A stretch of 64,000 nucleotides of DNA from Nemertoderma westbladi (Eukaryota > Animalia > Xenacoelomorpha). Within the stretch, counting starts at the first letter, position 1. Every line of letters begins with the position of its first letter. Positions 21,528-33,543 of the stretch are shown piece after piece. The notes under the pieces were generated by a model. That model was not told the origin of the DNA, made no database searches, and saw only the letters and a program-made list of their open reading frames with translations. Location: NCBI GenBank assembly GCA_032718475.1, contig JAUCBJ010001161.1, positions 1 through 64,000 on the forward strand, written 5' to 3'. The position numbers were made by a program, and so were the translations under genes.

Positions 21528-22724
21528 TGTACGCGCTTTTGAAGACCTTTAGCAGTTTAACCTGCCAAAATTTATATGTCTTTTGGTTTATAAATAGACT
21601 TTAGAAATTGACAAATATTTAGTACCAATAAACACAACATTAGCAGAAGCCAGCCTAGTGCGCGTCCATTCACCCGCTGGATATACCCGGGAGACTGGAT
21701 TCTGAGGGCTTAGATTATTATTGCAGTGTAAGCTTACTGTATTATTCGATTGATCGTTAATAAATAATTTCTGACCAATATTATTCACTTTCGGGAAATA
21801 TTAACAGTTCCTTTAGGACGTGGCGCTCTATCTAGGTAAACAGAGATATGACTTATACTAATCACAACGGTAAGTCGGTAAGGCTTATGATTCACGTATG
21901 AGGCGCATTCTTTAGGAAATGCTTAGTTATCAGTCACAATCATGCACACTACCGGTAACACACAATACTGCTCACTAATTTGCCGACCATCAATGAATTT
22001 TATCATATATAAAGAGAATAGCAACTGACTCATGTAGTGCTTATCAAATAGCATTAAATTCACTACAAACCACAATAATATAAGTCGCAATCGCTATATG
22101 TAACCCATCTCTCTAACCTGTAGTGTATCAAGAAAATTGGGAAATTTGGGTTCTTTATAAATGTTCTCCAAATAATATTCAACCAACTGATACAAAATAT
22201 GACAATAGTAAAAAGCATTAAGACAGTAGGTTAAGATATGATATGACAAGCAGATTGATATGTTATGTGAGTTGTGTTATGTTAAGATAACAGTTATACG
22301 CTCTATAATCTTAAGCCTACTAATGTTTCTTCTAAAGTCTGAAACGAATTGACTCTAGAGCCGGTGTTCCTGGCCTAGATAGAAACAACACAACAGTATC
22401 AAGAAAAACAGTAAGACTGAACCCTACTAGCATGATCTGCCAAAATGTCCACATCGACAGAAAAAATCGCTCTGATTGGCTGTTAAGCTAAACAAAGAAC
22501 CATGTGTCCAATGGCCGTTTCCATGTCAGCTACCAGCTGTTAGATGTCGTAATCTGAATCATCAAGGCTAAGCTGTGCCAGGGTATTTGACGCATTGCGG
22601 GTTTTTTGCCTTACCATGTCCACCAAAGCACACATATAGAAGAATGACTTTTATGTCCGTTAAAACACCTATAACGGTACCTTGCGGGCGAGGGGGACTG
22701 AGTATATCCGCAAAAGCTTTTACA
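21528..22724 (-). repeat. 5' LTR of element A
   Basis: 1197 bp, TG...CA; CCAATCAG box on the minus strand near 22473-22480. Confidence 0.96.
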
Positions 22725-23123
22725 ATTTCAAAACTTTTGACACAAAAAATCGAAAAAAAAATTTTATATATGTTTTTACAAAATTTTGTCTGTTCAGATT
22801 TTACAGTTATGTAAGGGCTACAATATAGTGAAATCAGAATCAAAATCGGCTGAGCAGTTCAGAAGTACTGTAGATCGACAAAATGTGCAAAATTATTTCA
22901 TTTTGAGAAAAATGTATTTGAAAGTGAAACATACTTAAATAGGGCCTACAGTATATTATATACTGTATAATTTACAAAAAAATTATTCTGGTGTATATTT
23001 CATGTGTTATATTATTTACTATTAATTAGGACATGACGAATCTAACTGAACAGGTTTCAACAGTCTGTTATAAAGCAAATATAGATTTATGGGGACTTCG
23101 TAGTAACAAACTGAAATAAATTT

Positions 23124-24857
23124 CTAAAACCCTCCAGGTTTGTAAGCGGAATCGTTGTTTTCCTGGCGGAATTTCTTTGATCTGCGTTTGAGGAGGCTTC
23201 GTGAAGTTCTCTTGCGGTCTCTCACCTTGCACCCTGTCGCCATCTTCACCCCAGGCCCCAGGCCCAACTTCATATACAGTATCTGAGCTGCAGATGAACC
23301 CCTGTTGTGCACAAGTGCAGTATAATATGCATGGAATTCCAATGTTGTTCTTCCCTGGAACTTATCCTTCCCACATTTGTTCCAAAGTCGACCATGAATA
23401 GATTCGTTTTGGTTCTGCGTGAGACCAGGAAGGCAATGCTTCAATAGATTCCGATCTGTAAGTCTATTGTATACGGGCATAATGTGGGCATGCCACTCCG
23501 GCTTGATGAAGGATTTGTCCTTGTAGGTTTGGTCTTTCTGGATCGCTTTGCACCACCGTATTGGACAATCCTCATGTTTTCTTTCCCGCTGAAATTCTGG
23601 GTAATTCGTGTAATGAAATACAGTAGCTTTCACCTCGCGTATTATGGTGTCAATGAGGTTCTCCAGTTCGTCTGGGTCTATTGTTCGGTAGTCTACAGAA
23701 GATACATGGTGAACAACAGTGTTCCGGTAATAACTGGCTAGTTGTCTGATCCGTGGCTGAGAGAGCCCATTCACACCACCGATCCTTTTTTCTTTACGGA
23801 CTGATTCAAGGCCATTGGTTACTCGTTTAGCGATATGGTTAATACACTCATATTTCTTTACTGGGTGCTCGATGCCATATGGAGGGTTCTCTCGGAGCTC
23901 TTTGAAAACAGAACTGTCTCCATCGCTTAGCAGCTCTGTATATCGCAACCTGTTCCTTTCAATGGATCTTGCCCAAAGTTGCTTCGCAGCAAAAGTTTCC
24001 ATGGCATTGCTACTGCCACGGAATTTTACGTCACAATTATGTTGCGGTACGTGTATAGTACAAAGTTTAGAATAATGGCGGCAAATATAACATGATTTGC
24101 TGACAACAAAAATATCTAGAACTGCGCCGGTATCAGCAGACATCACATAGGCCACACAGTAAAGGGACATATGCCCACGTTTCTGCCAAGTGGCATCAAA
24201 AGTAACAGATACATTGTATATTGACTCACTATTACCAGAGATAGGGTTACCTGTATCTGCCCCATACTTATTACGCAGCTTCTGAGCTTCATTGTAACAA
24301 TTACCAATCGACAGGTTTCTAACAGCATCAGTAATTCGCCTAAGAGTAACTCTCCAGCGACTATGATTGACAGGATTTGGCATTTCCATCGCCTCCGAAA
24401 ATCTTCGAGCAGTGTCATGTGTTCCCCCAATCATAAGAAACGCTAATATACAGTAGTACGAGTGTTTATACGGCGCTTTGACTCATTAGGATGATTGCTT
24501 ATATCATTGACTACATTTTCGAATTTATAAATATATTCACATGTCTCACATTCAAGAAATATATTGAAATAAAATCCGTTTTGGAGATTTGGAGTAAACT
24601 TCAGAACACCGCCGCAGTGATGTCGATGAATGTCGGACATACAATCCTTCATGGTTGAATATTCGACAAACTGGAATCCTTCACTTCCAATAAGAGGACC
24701 CTTATGCATCCCCAGTCACTCCAAGACGATCAGTCGTATGGGAACTCTGATTCGCTTCGGGAATCAGATCTGACTCCTCAACTGGTAGATTAACATTTAC
24801 GATTTCCTGTTTTCTAGTACCTGCAAAAGTCCCCTTCCGCCCACCCAGTTTTGGCAT
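23124..24857 (-). pseudogene. Kolobok / Mutator-like DDE transposase, frameshifted in the N-terminal part
   Basis: VTFDATWQKRGH...TGAVLD..VVSKSC, SSNAME, LLSDGDSS, ECINHIAKR, TQNQNES; N-terminal pieces at 24443-24709 and up to ATG 24857 are in other frames. Confidence 0.85.
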
Positions 24858-25460
24858 TCTTGTTCGCGCTTTTAGACCTTTGGCAGTTTAACCCGCCAAA
24901 TTAGGATGTCTTCTAGATAATAAATCGATTTTAGCCTCTGACAAGTATTTGATTCACTACACTAGTCGAAACCAATCTGTGCGCGATCATTCACCCGCTG
25001 GATATACCCGGGAGATTGGGTTCGACGGCTTAATCATATTGCTATGTAAGCCTACTGTATTATTCGACTGATCGTGTTATATAATCTCTGACAATATTAT
25101 TCACCTTCGGGGAATATTAGCAGTTCCTTTAGGACGTGGCGCTCTATCTATATAAACAGAGTTATGACTTAAACTACTCACAACGATATGGCTTAGTTAT
25201 AATTCACATATATGGCGCATTCTTTAGGAAATGCTTCGTTATCAGTCTCACTCATACACAATGCTGCACAATACTGCACACTAATCTGCCGATCTTCACT
25301 GATTTTAGTCACATATAAAAGGAACACAGACCGACTCATGTAGGGTCTATCAAATAACATTAGATTCACTTCAAACCACTTTAACATAAGTCGCAATCGT
25401 TATATGTAACCTGTCTCTCTTACCTTCGGTATATCAAGAATATTGGGGTTTCGGGGTTAT

Positions 25461-25930
25461 TGTGATAGAAACCCTCTATCATTGGTCTATATAGGACCTA
25501 ACTGTTAATAATGTTTGTGTTCATTTATAATTCAAATTAAGTATATTCACATTCAGTAATCATAATCAGTGTTTTGTCAGTGTTATAAAGTATTTAGTGT
25601 ACTGCTGTACTGCCTACAGCAATTACTGCTGTAGGCCTATATATTCGTACCTAACATGTCTGTATGTGGTATGTGTTGTTAGCCTATTATATAATATGGG
25701 AGTAGGTGAATGGGTACATCTACCTATAAAGATTAAAGGATTAATATAACTTTATGTTTATGTAAATATTCATTATTATCATTTGTCAGAAGTCTGAACC
25801 TTGATATAGGAACTTATATGGATATATCATACAGTCATAATGCTGTCCTGCTGTCAGCTGTAATGTCATATCAGCAATCAGCATATCTTATACAGTTATA
25901 ATCATACTTCTGCACTCAATATCCATGACA
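25461..25930 (+). repeat. 5' LTR of element C
   Basis: TGTGATAG...CATGACA, repeated at 32371-32840. Confidence 0.97.
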
Positions 25931-25946
25931 TGGCGCCCGATAAGGG
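25931..25946 (+). promoter_or_regulatory. Canonical tRNA primer-binding site of C (Lys-like)
   Basis: TGGCGCCCGAtAAGGG directly after the LTR; resembles the tRNA-Lys PBS TGGCGCCCGAACAGGG. Confidence 0.8.
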
Positions 25947-26602
25947 GAAGGCTACCGGTACGGACAAGTAAAGACAAAGTAAAGAGTAAAGACTTGGACT
26001 GATGGTGAGTTTCTATGTTCTATTCCAGTATTTAGAAACGTCGGCTGAAACAAGAACAAGTTTGTACCGGTGTGTTATTCTACATTCCAGTATTGCTGCA
26101 ATTTCATTGACTTCTGAACTTTGATTAGGCAGTTAGGCCTAAGTGCTAAGGCTGTAAGGGTAAGGTATCCCTGCAATTTCGGCTTTTATTGAAAGTACAG
26201 CTGTCTGGATGTACCGTACATCAGGCCAGGCTCCCATGATTGAGAGGCCAGTCTGACACTGACAGTGCGGTGTGTAATCAATATTAATTATTCACTAATT
26301 TATATGAGAGTATAGCTTATACTGGGACACGCCCAGGCTACCAGGCCTATTGCAGTTAGACTGGTGACTGGTAACTATTGTCTGATTGTTTCAGCATTAT
26401 ACTAGCAATTTACATTCATCAAATTTATCAATCACAAATCAATGCTGAAAAATGAGAATGGTTGCAAATTTAATTAATGAGACACAGCAGAACTGATCAT
26501 AGGACCGGTTCATTACTAAATTTAAAACATACCTATACACTATGCTATACCTACCATACAGCCATAGGCAGCTAGCTAGCTAGGAAAGGAAGACACAGAA
26601 TA

Positions 26603-29600
26603 ATGGCTACACAAATAAATGAATTGGTGAAACTAAAACGCAAACGCAGTGGGCTGAGATCCACTGTAACAACAATTAGAAACAAATTTAACCCTGATGA
26701 CACAATAGAGACAAATCGAATTACTTTAGACAGACTCGGACTCCTTTTACCGCGCCTAGACGCCATAAATGAGGACATTTGGGGACATCTTGACCCAGAA
26801 ACCCAAGAATTTGAGAATGATGTTGCAGTAGCTGGGGATTATGAGACTGCTATTCGCTCATTAATAAAACAGATAGAGCCAATAATAGTACCAGCAAGTG
26901 TGAGTGTAAATCTTAATGACAGCAATGCAGCTGCTATGGCAGACCTATCATCAGTGGTACAAACTCAACAATCATATTTTGACTCTCGTCTTTTGGCACA
27001 ACAAGTTTTGCCAAAATTGGCGCCACCTACTTTTGATGGAAATTTGTTAAATTATGAAGGGTGGAAAAATGCTTTTACAGCTGCTGTGGAAGATTCCAAA
27101 CTTCCTAACATAATCAAATTCCAGTATTTATTGGAAAGCTTGAAAGGACCGGCCAAAGCAGTAGTGGCAGGTCTACCAATTAATGAAGGAAATTATTATG
27201 TAGCAATGCAGCTATTAACTACCCGCTATGGAGATAAGGAGGCAATAATTTCTGCACATATCGAAGAGATAAGGAAAATTGGTCGATCTACAACAAAACT
27301 TAGGGATATAAGTGATAAATGTTTGACACATGTAAGAGCATTAGAGGCTTTGGGAATTTCGCCGGTCGAATATCAACGTGTAGTCATTCCTGATATAACA
27401 GCTGGGGTTAGTGATACTATAATGTTGAAATTGCTGGCAGAAAAACGTTCAATTACTGATTTAGATTGGCTAATAACAAAATTGCAAAAATTTGCATTGG
27501 CTGAGGAATCTCTCAGCTTAATAAGACAAGATTCACAAAGAAGTAAATGGTCATCAAGCAAAGAAAAACAAGCGGTACCAACGTATTCAAAACCAATAAA
27601 TCAGCCAGCTATTGCTTCTCTTGTGGCTCCATCACACTCGAAATCTGGGAAAACTATTTACAATTCATCCTATAAACAGAATAAAGCAACAAATAGTACC
27701 CCAAATTCATCACAACCTCAACCTAGATTACAAAACTCATCATCATCAAGCCAACCATTTGTAATAACATGTGTTTATTGTAACCAGAATCATTATTCAG
27801 ACAATTGCCGAATAGTTCAAGATAATATACTCCGACGAAATTCATTAGAAGAAAAGGGGCTGTGTAAAATTTGCATTAGGGGAAATCACAAAACATGGGA
27901 ATGTAGAGCGACATGTAGATGTTACTATTGTAAAGCTACTTCTCACCATTCAAGTATTTGTCCTAATAAAGTATATACTGGAACAAATGCATCTAAATCA
28001 CCAATAGTAACTTCAACAAACACTCAACCTAATGTAAATTCAGATTTAGTTACCAAATCAAAGTCTTCAACATCTGTTGTCGCCATAAGCCATAAATGTG
28101 TGGATCAAAGTTGCGCCAACTCTGAAGATGTATTATTACAAACCGCAATTTTGGATTGCGAAGGTAATGATCTTCCTTACAACTTAAATGCTTTATTTGA
28201 TGGTGGAAGTCAGAAAACGTATATTATCAGATCAGTTGTGAATCAGTACAGATTACAGGTCATAGGCAGTGAAGAGGTTAACATAAGTGGGTTTGGAAAT
28301 ACATCAATGCCATTGACATGTGAAATAGTGCAGGTTAATGTAAAACTTCGTTCACAAGGTATTGAAACTCTCCAAGCTTGTGTAGTTGATTCAATTTGTA
28401 AACCAATATACAATGGATTTGTATTAAATGACAAATTAACCAATTTAATGGAAGAGTTGGACTTAGCTGACCCATCATTGCGTTCACCTGGTAACTTATT
28501 TCCAATTGAACTTCTAATAGGAGGAGACCAGTATTGGTCAATAGTTTCAGGGTCTATTTTGCGTAAATCAGCTACTCTACCAGTGGCACTCCATTCATCA
28601 GTTGGTTGGTTGCTATCTGGTCCTGTTCCTCATACAGTTAGTGAGGCACAAGAACTTACTATTATTCCAACCTCAATGACAATGTGCACGTCCACAGTAA
28701 ATGTCAATAACACAAATAATCACAATTTAAACAAAAATTTATATCAATTAATTGAGTCATTTTGGTCAATGGAATCAATTGGAATAACAGACGGGGTAAA
28801 TGATGAGGAAACAGTGGATTTAGGAATTACTAAGTCAAACAGCATATATTATGTCAAGTTACCATGGAAAATGCCAAAGAATGTACTTGTTGATAATTTC
28901 AATCATAGTTACAACATTTTATTGTCATTGATAAAGAGATTAAATAAATCTGGTTTATTGTCAAAATATAATGATGTTATGATGGAACACTTAAAACATG
29001 GCTACATAGAACATGTCAGCATTGACTCTCCAGTTGAAAATGGTAGAATAAAACATTACATTCCTCACCATGGAGTTATCCGAGAAACAGCAACCACAAC
29101 TAAACTAAGAGTTGTATTCAATGCTTCATTTAAACCGTTGCGTCACACACTGTCATTAAACGATTGTTTACACAGAGGTCCAAATTTGTTGCCTAATTTG
29201 GTAACTACTTTAATTCGCTGGAGGCTATATCGCATTGGTATCATAGCCGATTTAAAACAAGCGTTTATGCAGTGTGGAGTAGTTGAAGAAGACAGAGATG
29301 TACTGCGATTTCTGTGGGTGGATGATATTGATAAAGTGAAAACAGGTCAACAGCAAATCATAGCATATCGATACACAAGAGCAATGTTTGGAGTGACAAG
29401 TTCACCTTACATTTTGAGAAAAGTTTGTACAGAGCATCTAGAAGAAGAAAGAAATATATGTAAGGTAGAAGAAGTTGAAAGGTTAGATACTATAAATAAA
29501 TTAAAAGATCTTTATATGGATGATCTTGCAACTGGAGTAAATACTGAACAGGAAGGTATAAACTTATATAAAATAGCAAAAGAAATAATGAAAAAGGCAA

Positions 29601-32293
29601 ACTTTGAAATTCATAAATGGAATACAAATAGTAATGTATTACGTCATTATTTTCATTTAGAAGAAAATGGTTCAGCCACTATGGTAATAAACTCATCAGT
29701 TCCATTGATATTTGAGGATAATGAAACTTATGCAAAGAGCACATTACCAATTCCTCAATCAACTAATAGCAATGTCACAAGAGTACTGGGTCAACCTTGG
29801 AATGTTGATAGTGATATTCTGACATTTGATTTTAAGGAGGTTTATAATTATGCATTAAAAATTCCAGTAACTAAACGAGCAATTGTACAGATTTCCGCTC
29901 GTCTGTATGATCCAATTGGATTTATTGCACCCTTTGTTACACCATTCAAAATAATATTCAGGAAATTATGTATTGATGGTGGTGACTGGGATGATAAACT
30001 ATCAGAAGAATTGAAACAAAAATGGTCAAAGTTAATTCAAGATTTGCCATTATTGAACCAGATTGCGATCCCCCGATATTTATTCACAGGCAAATCTATA
30101 GTATATGCTGATATACATGGGTTTTCCGATGCAAGTTGTAACATGTATGCTGGTGTTATTTATCTTCGCACGTTCTACACTGACAATACAGTGTCTGTAT
30201 TATTTGTTATAGCAAAGGCTAAGATTGCACCTAAATCTCAACCATCCATTCAAATTCTGGAGTTGCTTGGGGCTCTTATTACTTCCCAATTGATTGACTT
30301 CGCACATAAATCAATTACAATTCCCATTCGTAACACCATTCTTTGGATTGATGCATTGGATGTCATATATTGGTTGAATATAGAGAACCCAGACTATAAG
30401 CAATTTGTTAGAAATCGAGCAACTAAAATAAAGCAAATTGGAAGTAAATTTAATATGAGGACCAGATATGTACCAGGAAATGAGAACCCCGCGGATGCCC
30501 CAACTCGGGGTTTGTCAGCTAAACAATTAATTGAATCCAAACCTTGGTTGAATGGTCCAGAATTTCTCTGTAAATCAGAAGATTGTTGGCCTTCTATTCC
30601 TTCACAATTTCAACAAGAGGATACTTCAAAAGAAGTATCATCGGAAAGTAACCTAATACACACAACTCTAATATCATTAGCTTCATCAATGGAAAATAAA
30701 ATAACAACTGGGTTGTTCAATATCATTCAAATGGAAAATTACTCACTGTATGACCCTAGATCTAAACAAAGATTACTTGCTGTAATAGCTTGGATTTGTC
30801 GTTGGAGTAATAATATTAAATCAAAAATTTCAAACTCAGGATGTAATATATCTTTTCCCTATCTTGCTGCTAAAGAAATATACATGGCAGAAATTGTGGT
30901 AATTGTAGCTACACAGAGTGTATACTATTCTAAAGAATGTAATTATCTGAAGAGTGGAGAAAACAAACAAATAGAGAAGATACCTCCGCTTGTAAAACAG
31001 CTAGGTTTATTCTTGGATAATAATAACGGAGTCATGAGATGTAAAGGACGAATTACAAACTGCTCTATATCATGGTATACTCAAAACCCAATTATACTGC
31101 ATCCTGAAAGTTGTTATACTCAAATGTTAATACTAGATGCACATATTCAGATGTGCCATGCTAGAACAAGAGAAACATTAGTACAATTAAGAGAAAGATT
31201 TTGGCTACCAAGAGGACGACAAGTAATTAATCGTATATTGAAACATTGTTATGTGTGTATGAAAGAATCAGCAAAGCCCTACACTGAACCGGAAGTTAGC
31301 CCACTACCTGCTTCAAGAGTTTCAATTGGTGTGGGAGTATTTGAACATACAGGAGTTGATTTTTGTGGTTCTTTCAATGTGGTTGAAGATCCCTTAAATC
31401 TAGCTTTACACAAAGGAAAATGTTACATATCTATATTCACTTGTGCAGTAGTAAGATATTTGCATATAGAAGTGGTTCCATCATTATCTGCTAAAGCGTT
31501 TATTAACTGTCTAAACCGATTTATTGGTAGACGAAGAATCCCAACCCTCCTTTACAGTGACAATGCATCAAACTTTAAAGCAACTGCAAAGGAACTACGG
31601 GTTTATAAGTTGTTCTTTGAAGACCCAAATGTTGTCCGAACTTTTGGTAAACTAAATATGCAGCATGAATTTAATGTTGCGAGGAAACCATCTGCTTTTG
31701 GATTTATTGAAAGAATGGTAGGAACCTTGAAAAACTGTCTTCGTAAAGTTATTGGTCGTTCCATTCTAACATTAGACGAAATTCAAACAGTGGCTGTTGG
31801 CATAGAAGCTATGATAAACAGTCGGCCATTGACGTATGTAAACGACTCACTTGATGATTTTTCGATGTTAACACCAGCTCACTTTATTACTGGTAAACGT
31901 CTTTGCTCATTACCAAATCCGACTATGAAAGTTACCAAACAATTAACAACTCACACCAAACTACAAAATCGACTTCAATATCGTGAGATAGCGATGAACA
32001 CATTCTGGTGCCTTTGGAGGGATGAGTACTTGAAGGAGTTACGAAATCAACACAGATATAACCATCATGCGGAACCAGGTGATCGAGTTCCGGTAGTAAA
32101 TGATATTTGTATTCTACGAGATAGTAACTTGCCAAGATGTATGTGGAAATTATGTAGGATTGAAGAGTGCATCTTATCAAGAGATGGACGAATACGTAAA
32201 GTTCGTGTTGTTATAGCCACTAGAGGGAAAGAAGCTACGTCGCTAGTAAAACCATTGCATTTACTTTATCCTCTCGAAGTCAGGAACATTTAG
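26603..32293 (+). CDS. Gag-Pol polyprotein of BEL/Pao element C
   Basis: 1896 aa; PTFDGN gag motif, three Zn knuckles, LFDGGS, YMDD, IHGFSDAS, HHCC, VDFCG/SDNASNF/GFIER. Confidence 0.97.
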   Translation: MATQINELVKLKRKRSGLRSTVTTIRNKFNPDDTIETNRITLDRLGLLLPRLDAINEDIWGHLDPETQEFENDVAVAGDYETAIRSLIKQIEPIIVPASVSVNLNDSNAAAMADLSSVVQTQQSYFDSRLLAQQVLPKLAPPTFDGNLLNYEGWKNAFTAAVEDSKLPNIIKFQYLLESLKGPAKAVVAGLPINEGNYYVAMQLLTTRYGDKEAIISAHIEEIRKIGRSTTKLRDISDKCLTHVRALEALGISPVEYQRVVIPDITAGVSDTIMLKLLAEKRSITDLDWLITKLQKFALAEESLSLIRQDSQRSKWSSSKEKQAVPTYSKPINQPAIASLVAPSHSKSGKTIYNSSYKQNKATNSTPNSSQPQPRLQNSSSSSQPFVITCVYCNQNHYSDNCRIVQDNILRRNSLEEKGLCKICIRGNHKTWECRATCRCYYCKATSHHSSICPNKVYTGTNASKSPIVTSTNTQPNVNSDLVTKSKSSTSVVAISHKCVDQSCANSEDVLLQTAILDCEGNDLPYNLNALFDGGSQKTYIIRSVVNQYRLQVIGSEEVNISGFGNTSMPLTCEIVQVNVKLRSQGIETLQACVVDSICKPIYNGFVLNDKLTNLMEELDLADPSLRSPGNLFPIELLIGGDQYWSIVSGSILRKSATLPVALHSSVGWLLSGPVPHTVSEAQELTIIPTSMTMCTSTVNVNNTNNHNLNKNLYQLIESFWSMESIGITDGVNDEETVDLGITKSNSIYYVKLPWKMPKNVLVDNFNHSYNILLSLIKRLNKSGLLSKYNDVMMEHLKHGYIEHVSIDSPVENGRIKHYIPHHGVIRETATTTKLRVVFNASFKPLRHTLSLNDCLHRGPNLLPNLVTTLIRWRLYRIGIIADLKQAFMQCGVVEEDRDVLRFLWVDDIDKVKTGQQQIIAYRYTRAMFGVTSSPYILRKVCTEHLEEERNICKVEEVERLDTINKLKDLYMDDLATGVNTEQEGINLYKIAKEIMKKANFEIHKWNTNSNVLRHYFHLEENGSATMVINSSVPLIFEDNETYAKSTLPIPQSTNSNVTRVLGQPWNVDSDILTFDFKEVYNYALKIPVTKRAIVQISARLYDPIGFIAPFVTPFKIIFRKLCIDGGDWDDKLSEELKQKWSKLIQDLPLLNQIAIPRYLFTGKSIVYADIHGFSDASCNMYAGVIYLRTFYTDNTVSVLFVIAKAKIAPKSQPSIQILELLGALITSQLIDFAHKSITIPIRNTILWIDALDVIYWLNIENPDYKQFVRNRATKIKQIGSKFNMRTRYVPGNENPADAPTRGLSAKQLIESKPWLNGPEFLCKSEDCWPSIPSQFQQEDTSKEVSSESNLIHTTLISLASSMENKITTGLFNIIQMENYSLYDPRSKQRLLAVIAWICRWSNNIKSKISNSGCNISFPYLAAKEIYMAEIVVIVATQSVYYSKECNYLKSGENKQIEKIPPLVKQLGLFLDNNNGVMRCKGRITNCSISWYTQNPIILHPESCYTQMLILDAHIQMCHARTRETLVQLRERFWLPRGRQVINRILKHCYVCMKESAKPYTEPEVSPLPASRVSIGVGVFEHTGVDFCGSFNVVEDPLNLALHKGKCYISIFTCAVVRYLHIEVVPSLSAKAFINCLNRFIGRRRIPTLLYSDNASNFKATAKELRVYKLFFEDPNVVRTFGKLNMQHEFNVARKPSAFGFIERMVGTLKNCLRKVIGRSILTLDEIQTVAVGIEAMINSRPLTYVNDSLDDFSMLTPAHFITGKRLCSLPNPTMKVTKQLTTHTKLQNRLQYREIAMNTFWCLWRDEYLKELRNQHRYNHHAEPGDRVPVVNDICILRDSNLPRCMWKLCRIEECILSRDGRIRKVRVVIATRGKEATSLVKPLHLLYPLEVRNI

Positions 32294-32360
32294 ATCAAAC
32301 TCTAATCAAATTTAGCCAAAGATTAAATGACTTTAATCAATTATTGAGACTGCAAGTCTC

Positions 32361-32370
32361 AAAGGGGGAA
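32361..32370 (+). other. Polypurine tract of C
   Basis: AAAGGGGGAA immediately before the 3' LTR. Confidence 0.85.
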
Positions 32371-32840
32371 TGTGATAGAAACCCTCTATCATTGGTCTAT
32401 ATAGGACCTAACTGTTAATAATGTTTGTGTTCATTTATAATTCAAATTAAGTATATTCACATTCAGTAATCATAATCAGTGTTTTGTCAGTGTTATAAAG
32501 TATTTAGTGTACTGCTGTACTGCCTACAGCAATTACTGCTGTAGGCCTATATATTCGTACCTAACATGTCTGTATGTGGTATGTGTTGTTAGCCTATTAT
32601 ATAATATGGGAGTAGGTGAATGGGTACATCTACCTATAAAGATTAAAGGATTAATATAACTTTATGTTTATGTAAATATTCATTATTATCATTTGTCAGA
32701 AGTCTGAACCTTGATATAGGAACTTATATGGATATATCATACAGTCATAATGCTGTCCTGCTGTCAGCTGTAATGTCATATCAGCAATCAGCATATCTTA
32801 TACAGTTATAATCATACTTCTGCACTCAATATCCATGACA
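32371..32840 (+). repeat. 3' LTR of element C
   Basis: Copy of 25461-25930. Confidence 0.97.
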
Positions 32841-33543
32841 GTTATTTCTCGTTATTCCAATATAATATTTCATCACCATATAATGAATAATCGACAGTAA
32901 ATAGCAGTATAACAATATAAAAGTATGTACAACAAGATATATGCATTGCCCAGTTGAGTTAGGTTAGTAGGTAAGTATTGAGTTGCACAGATAACGGATA
33001 TATGTCCTTATAATTAAGCCTACTAGTGTTAGGCTAAAAGCAGAACAGCACAAAATATTCCAAAGCCGTTCTTCCTGGCTCAGGACAGAATGATAACACT
33101 GCCCATAATGCATTGCGTGATTTCTCGGAAATTTCTGTACAAGAGCCATAAAAACGCTCTGATTGGTTGACTGAACTAAGAGAAGCCGTAGAACAAAGAA
33201 AATCGACACGTATGAATATCAGCTGTTAACCGTCGTCATAGTAACTACTGTTCAAGAGTATCTAGCCCCTTTTGCGTCATAGAATTGCCATAGAATCACC
33301 AACCATGTCTTCCAAAGTACACATACGGAAGAAATAGCTCTTAGGTCCTCTAAAAAACACCGATACAGCAATAATACGGCCTCTTACGCCTACTAAACCA
33401 ACTACAGAGTATTTTACGGGAAAAATAAGGAAAAATAACCGGGCAATTCCGCAAAAGCTTTTACACCGCTCCCAGAAAATGGGATTTTCAGTCTATAAAA
33501 TATAAAAATCACAGTTTCTAAAACATAAAGATACTCTAAACAG

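Larger units (their letters stand above)
4272..22724 (-). mobile_element. BEL/Pao LTR retrotransposon A (18.45 kb, with extra ORFs)
   Basis: Two 1197-bp LTRs with TG...CA ends; 5-bp TSD ATTTC (4267-4271, 22725-22729); gag-PR-RT-RH-IN polyprotein of Pao type. Confidence 0.96.
25461..32840 (+). mobile_element. Intact BEL/Pao LTR retrotransposon C (7.38 kb)
   Basis: 470-bp LTRs that look identical by eye; TSD GTTAT (25456-25460, 32841-32845); tRNA-type PBS, PPT and a single Gag-Pol ORF. Confidence 0.97.
24861..33465 (-). repeat. 3' LTR of element B, split by element C (24861-25460 plus 32846-33465)
   Basis: The two pieces rejoin to 1220 bp and match 53996-55215 with about 8 substitutions counted by eye. 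Confidence 0.93.

Noticed and set aside
22298-22330. TATA box fixing the transcription start at the 11-nt LTR site
   Set aside because: The TATA-like words lie only about 6-15 nt upstream rather than 25-30 nt, so they cannot be used as support
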